NCBI GenBank assembly: GCA_965204375.1
Contig: OZ241986.1
Span: forward strand, 928,001-992,000
Origin: Candidatus Latescibacterota bacterium
Lineage (GTDB): Bacteria; Latescibacterota; UBA2968
Reading direction: 5' to 3'
Length of the DNA stretch: 64,000 nucleotides
Part shown: positions 60,312 to 64,000 of the stretch, in pieces
How positions within the stretch are numbered: the stretch's first letter is position 1
Layout of the letters: the number at the start of each line of letters is the position of its first letter
The notes under the pieces: generated by a model
Databases searched by the model: none
Told to the model about the DNA's origin: nothing
The model's input: the letters and a program-made list of their open reading frames with translations, nothing else
Position numbers and translations under genes: made by a program

Positions 60312-61328
60312 TCACTCCTGCCTGCTGGACAGTAGCCTATATTCAAGAAATTTCTCTTGAACCAACCCTTTTGCGAAGAGGTCCTTGCTCAGATCAAAGC
60401 CTTCCTTGATCGAATCTGTTCGTCCAAAACAGTAGAAAGCTGCACCGGCATTCAAACAGACCAGATCCAGAATCGATTTGGGGGTTTGGTGCTGTAAAAG
60501 AGATAGGAAGATTTCTGCATTCTCATCACTATCACCACCTGGAATCTTACTGTAATCCCGTTTAGCTATCCCAAAATCTGAAGGTGAAATCTGGTATTCC
60601 CTAATCACACCTTCGGCCACTTCAAAGATATGAGTGTGCCCAGAAATGGAGATCTCATCAATCCCTGGCTCTCCGACAACAATCATGAAGCGTTTACGCC
60701 CAAGATGGCGGAGTACTTCTACCAGTTGTCTGCCCATATCGACATCAATTGTTCCGAGTATTTGATATTGAGGATTGGCAGGATTGCATAACGGAGCGCT
60801 GAGATTGAAAATCGTTCTTCTGTCAACCATTTGTCTGGCGGTCACCACTTTTTTCATTACTGGATGGTATGTGCGGGCAAACAGAAAACACACATTTGTC
60901 CTCTTGAAAATGTCCTCCAAACGGTCATCTCTGAAATCAAACTCGCAGTCGAGTTTTTCCAGCAAATCAAAGCTACCATTCGGTCTCTTTGAGCCTTTAT
61001 TGCCGTGTTTCACAACCGGAACACCGCCAGCAGATAAAACGAATGCGGCGGTTGTCGATACGTTGAATCGATTTAGACCGCTTCCACCTGTTCCACACGA
61101 ATCAATGGCTTTGGAAGGGAGAGGAACAGGTTTCGACTTAGCCAATAAAGCTCTCGAAAATCCGAGAATTTCATCGGCAGTCTCGCCCTTCTCAGAGAAC
61201 GCTATGAGCAGTTTTGCGATCTGTTCGTCTGGTACATTACTTTCCAGGATTGCACTCAGACAGTGTTCAGCCTCATCGGCCTGGAGAGATTCACCTTCTC
61301 TGAGTTTATCGATGTATTTCGAGATCAT
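60312..61328 (-). CDS. trpD: Anthranilate phosphoribosyltransferase
   Basis: KGETADEI, DSCGTGGSG, FNVSTT, KHGN, YHP, RTIFNL, GIDEIS, LNAGAA. Confidence 0.92.
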   Translation of the reverse strand: MISKYIDKLREGESLQADEAEHCLSAILESNVPDEQIAKLLIAFSEKGETADEILGFSRALLAKSKPVPLPSKAIDSCGTGGSGLNRFNVSTTAAFVLSAGGVPVVKHGNKGSKRPNGSFDLLEKLDCEFDFRDDRLEDIFKRTNVCFLFARTYHPVMKKVVTARQMVDRRTIFNLSAPLCNPANPQYQILGTIDVDMGRQLVEVLRHLGRKRFMIVVGEPGIDEISISGHTHIFEVAEGVIREYQISPSDFGIAKRDYSKIPGGDSDENAEIFLSLLQHQTPKSILDLVCLNAGAAFYCFGRTDSIKEGFDLSKDLFAKGLVQEKFLEYRLLSSRQE

Positions 61329-61358
61329 AGGGAGGTGTTTCCTTAACGCATCAGCAAT

Positions 61359-63176
61359 CTACATATCGATCTCAACGATTGACCACATGGCCAGTTCATC
61401 TACGCTGACCTTTATTGCCTCCTCCGTGGCACCGTATTCAAGTTTTTTCGGTTCTTTGCCAGGGGCGTGAACGGTTATCTTGTACGGACTTGAGCCATAC
61501 AGCAAATCGTTCCTTACCGTGAGTTCAATATTCTTTTGTACGGTGATTCTATCAGTGTCTGGATTGTGTTCTCTATTCAGGAGATGAATTGCCAGATTGC
61601 CTGTCTCCGGGTGTCTTCTGACATTCGCCCATACGGCAGGATTGCTGACTGACACTGCAGGCAAGTACTCTGAAAGGAGCTCATCTACCTCAGTGGTATT
61701 TTTGGCAAGATGGGCTTTCCCTGTCTTGATCAGGTCGTCAACGAGCGACTTCTGAGAACCTTGCAGATAGGATTCAGACGGGACTATGACCTTTCTGAAC
61801 GCCGAAAGATCTCCATCTTCAAGGTGTTCGCGGTAGAAATACGGATCGCCAGCGACTGCAAGCGAGAACTGTATGTTCTTGTCCCAGAGCTGGGCACAGA
61901 TGTCATCGAACTGAATTCTGTATGGTTCGGAACCCAGATGCATCTTGCCAAATGACGGCAGGTAAGCGTAGTTATCGTAAATTAGAGCAATACCCTCATT
62001 AAAAGACTCGTATCCGTCGAAGAGGCGTGCGTTGTCCTTTATGAACTGATAGATTGGTCCAAACGCATCGGGGTCGCCTTCATGGAACGGCGTGCCAGCC
62101 CATCGGTAGATTACCGGCGCAGTGTGGTGTCCGCCAAGCGTATAAGTGCCGCAAATCCAAAGTTTCATCTCATTCTCGTTCTTGTACTCTCCGGCTTTCA
62201 GTTTTTTGTGATCATCAATCGACGGGCACGCCACATAAGGCTTTCCAACAGCGTCGGCTATCTTCAGAACCCGGGCCAGCGAACGCGACATCGTCTTGTT
62301 TGCCCATTCACCGGCATGGTAATGGGTCTCTCCAAGGAAGTAATCTACAAACTCGGCGGTGTAAAGATTGTAGGGAGCGAGATCCCAGGCGTTGGCGGTT
62401 ATCACAACGGGTTCCGGAGCATTTGCCCTGATCAGCGTAGCAAGTTCGCGCCCATACCTGACGCCTGAGAGCATCTGGAAGAATGTGTAATCTCTGCCAA
62501 ACGGTATCGCATTCTGGTTCCACTTCCAACCGAAAGAAGACACATTGCCGACGAGTTTTTTTACCGTCTCGCGATGGTTGTAGGTGTCCAGATCATCAAC
62601 ACCAAGCCTGGTCAGTTCTTCCTGCGTGTACTTGTTCCGCAGATAGTCGCGGAATTTCTCTGTACAGGAATCACAGTAACAGATGGCGTCGCGGACATGA
62701 GGGCCAAGGTTCCCTCCGGAACCGATTGGTTCGTCGATGTGAAACCCCTTTATACCGTCCTTGGCTTTTTGGATCAGCCACTGCTTCTGCCAGCCTGGTT
62801 TGTTCGCGCACATCCGCCATAGCGTGGCATCGGGAAATCCGGAACCCACCGCCTTGACTCTCTTGCCTGTGAAATCTTCGCAGACTTTCTGTCCGCCGAA
62901 GGAAGATGGGTCCTCGAGTGCCTTTCCTCCCCAAACGCCTGCGCTCAGGGTCATGTGAGTACCAATTCCCATAGCATGTATTGTGGGGATTTTGGGGTCT
63001 CTCACCGAACACCATCCGATGTTATCTACACGGTACTTCTCCAGAACGTCGAGATTGTCCGCCGATAGAGGCGGATGAAGGCTGATCACATCTGAACGTT
63101 CAAGAGCGAGAACCGGCCCTGACAAGCCAATAACGAATGCTAATACAACTGTCGAAAACGAAAAAAGACTATCCAC
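61359..63176 (-). CDS. Secreted hypothetical glycoside-hydrolase-like protein
   Basis: Signal-peptide-like start at GTG 63176; GFHIDEP, CYCDSC..KFRDYL (GH42-like elements), AIHLLN in the C-terminal domain. Confidence 0.6.
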   Translation of the reverse strand: MDSLFSFSTVVLAFVIGLSGPVLALERSDVISLHPPLSADNLDVLEKYRVDNIGWCSVRDPKIPTIHAMGIGTHMTLSAGVWGGKALEDPSSFGGQKVCEDFTGKRVKAVGSGFPDATLWRMCANKPGWQKQWLIQKAKDGIKGFHIDEPIGSGGNLGPHVRDAICYCDSCTEKFRDYLRNKYTQEELTRLGVDDLDTYNHRETVKKLVGNVSSFGWKWNQNAIPFGRDYTFFQMLSGVRYGRELATLIRANAPEPVVITANAWDLAPYNLYTAEFVDYFLGETHYHAGEWANKTMSRSLARVLKIADAVGKPYVACPSIDDHKKLKAGEYKNENEMKLWICGTYTLGGHHTAPVIYRWAGTPFHEGDPDAFGPIYQFIKDNARLFDGYESFNEGIALIYDNYAYLPSFGKMHLGSEPYRIQFDDICAQLWDKNIQFSLAVAGDPYFYREHLEDGDLSAFRKVIVPSESYLQGSQKSLVDDLIKTGKAHLAKNTTEVDELLSEYLPAVSVSNPAVWANVRRHPETGNLAIHLLNREHNPDTDRITVQKNIELTVRNDLLYGSSPYKITVHAPGKEPKKLEYGATEEAIKVSVDELAMWSIVEIDM

Positions 63177-64000
63177 TGCTCTGCCCCCTGTGGGAAGGAT
63201 CGGTCGATTTTGGGGCGTGCGATTCCCGCAAAAACGCAAAGATCACAAAGAGTGCAAAGAATGCCGGAAGGACTGCCAACAATAATGGATAGGCCATTTC
63301 GCCTGTCATCCCGAGCGCTACTACTCCAAGCAGCGGAGCGATCAACAAAGAGAGATCCATAAGGGAATCAAATGCCCCCATGGCGGCTCCTATATATGAC
63401 GTGTCAAATGTCTCCGAAGCGTACACGAATGATAATAAGTATGGAACTGCATTTGTAAGACAGAAGAGAACGTAGAATCCTATCAGCAGGGATAGACTGT
63501 CGGCATAGACCAGTCCCGCGCCCGATAGGACCAGGAGCCCAAGAGATGCAAGAACCCAAAGCTTTCGTCCCACCTTCTCAGAGATTACCCCGGTGAAGTA
63601 TGAGGACACACTGAATGCAAATGAACCGGTTGCCAGAATTAGTCCGATCTCCCATGCATCGAGTCCCAGCATCTCGCCCTTTGTCGGCACAAACACTCCG
63701 AAAATCCCGAAGGCAAACAGGCCCGCAAACCCCATCAGGAGATAGACGAATACGCGACTGTTCCCAAAGGTTGCACCAAGGCTGCGAAAAACGCCCAGAT
63801 TGTGCTCCGATGAGGCCCGTTCTCCACCCTTGATCAAATAAAAAGCAGCACAGAAGGCCACGAATGAGAGAAGTCCGTCCACGAGGAATGGAGCCCGGAG
63901 CGAAGCCAACGAAAGTACAGCTCCAAGGGCGGGACCAACTACGAAAGACAGTCCCTGGCTGCTTCTGAGAATCCCGAAGAACCGCCCCGGAGCATCCTTG
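63169..64000 (-). CDS. MFS transporter (5' part outside the window)
   Basis: Frame is open to the window edge; VVGPALG, GVISEKVGRK, multiple TM helices. Confidence 0.9.
   Translation of the reverse strand, partial: KDAPGRFFGILRSSQGLSFVVGPALGAVLSLASLRAPFLVDGLLSFVAFCAAFYLIKGGERASSEHNLGVFRSLGATFGNSRVFVYLLMGFAGLFAFGIFGVFVPTKGEMLGLDAWEIGLILATGSFAFSVSSYFTGVISEKVGRKLWVLASLGLLVLSGAGLVYADSLSLLIGFYVLFCLTNAVPYLLSFVYASETFDTSYIGAAMGAFDSLMDLSLLIAPLLGVVALGMTGEMAYPLLLAVLPAFFALFVIFAFLRESHAPKSTDPSHRGQSSG

Noticed and set aside
1-64000. CRISPR array, IS element, prophage or defence system
   Set aside because: No regularly spaced repeats, transposase, integrase, phage or nuclease motifs were recognised.

Overview
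This 64-kb bacterial window is an accessory carbohydrate and sulfate-ester catabolic region. It holds 9 sulfatase genes with the CxPxR motif (one cut by the window edge), 5 PhyH-type Fe/2OG dioxygenase domains, 4 BNR/beta-propeller proteins, polysaccharide lyases (PL25-like, PL4-like, alginate-lyase domain), rhaM and several dehydrogenases. That content resembles marine Latescibacterota or Poribacteria-like heterotrophs (inference only). No rRNA, intact tRNA, CRISPR array, integrase or transposase was seen. Two things stand out. (1) An operon at 27331-33405 encodes an ABC transporter and a GdmH-like guanidine hydrolase. Where characterised operons carry the HypA/HypB-type nickel chaperones, this one has a CbiX-like chelatase/DUF362 fusion, a candidate undescribed metal-maturation system. 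(2) Recombination scars occur throughout: hollowed-out genes that keep only their start and end, diverged partial copies of genes found elsewhere in the window, doubled translation starts, in-frame chimeras and two tRNA 3' fragments. Together these suggest gene-by-gene accretion of cargo. All family calls come from recognising motifs by eye; no database search was run.
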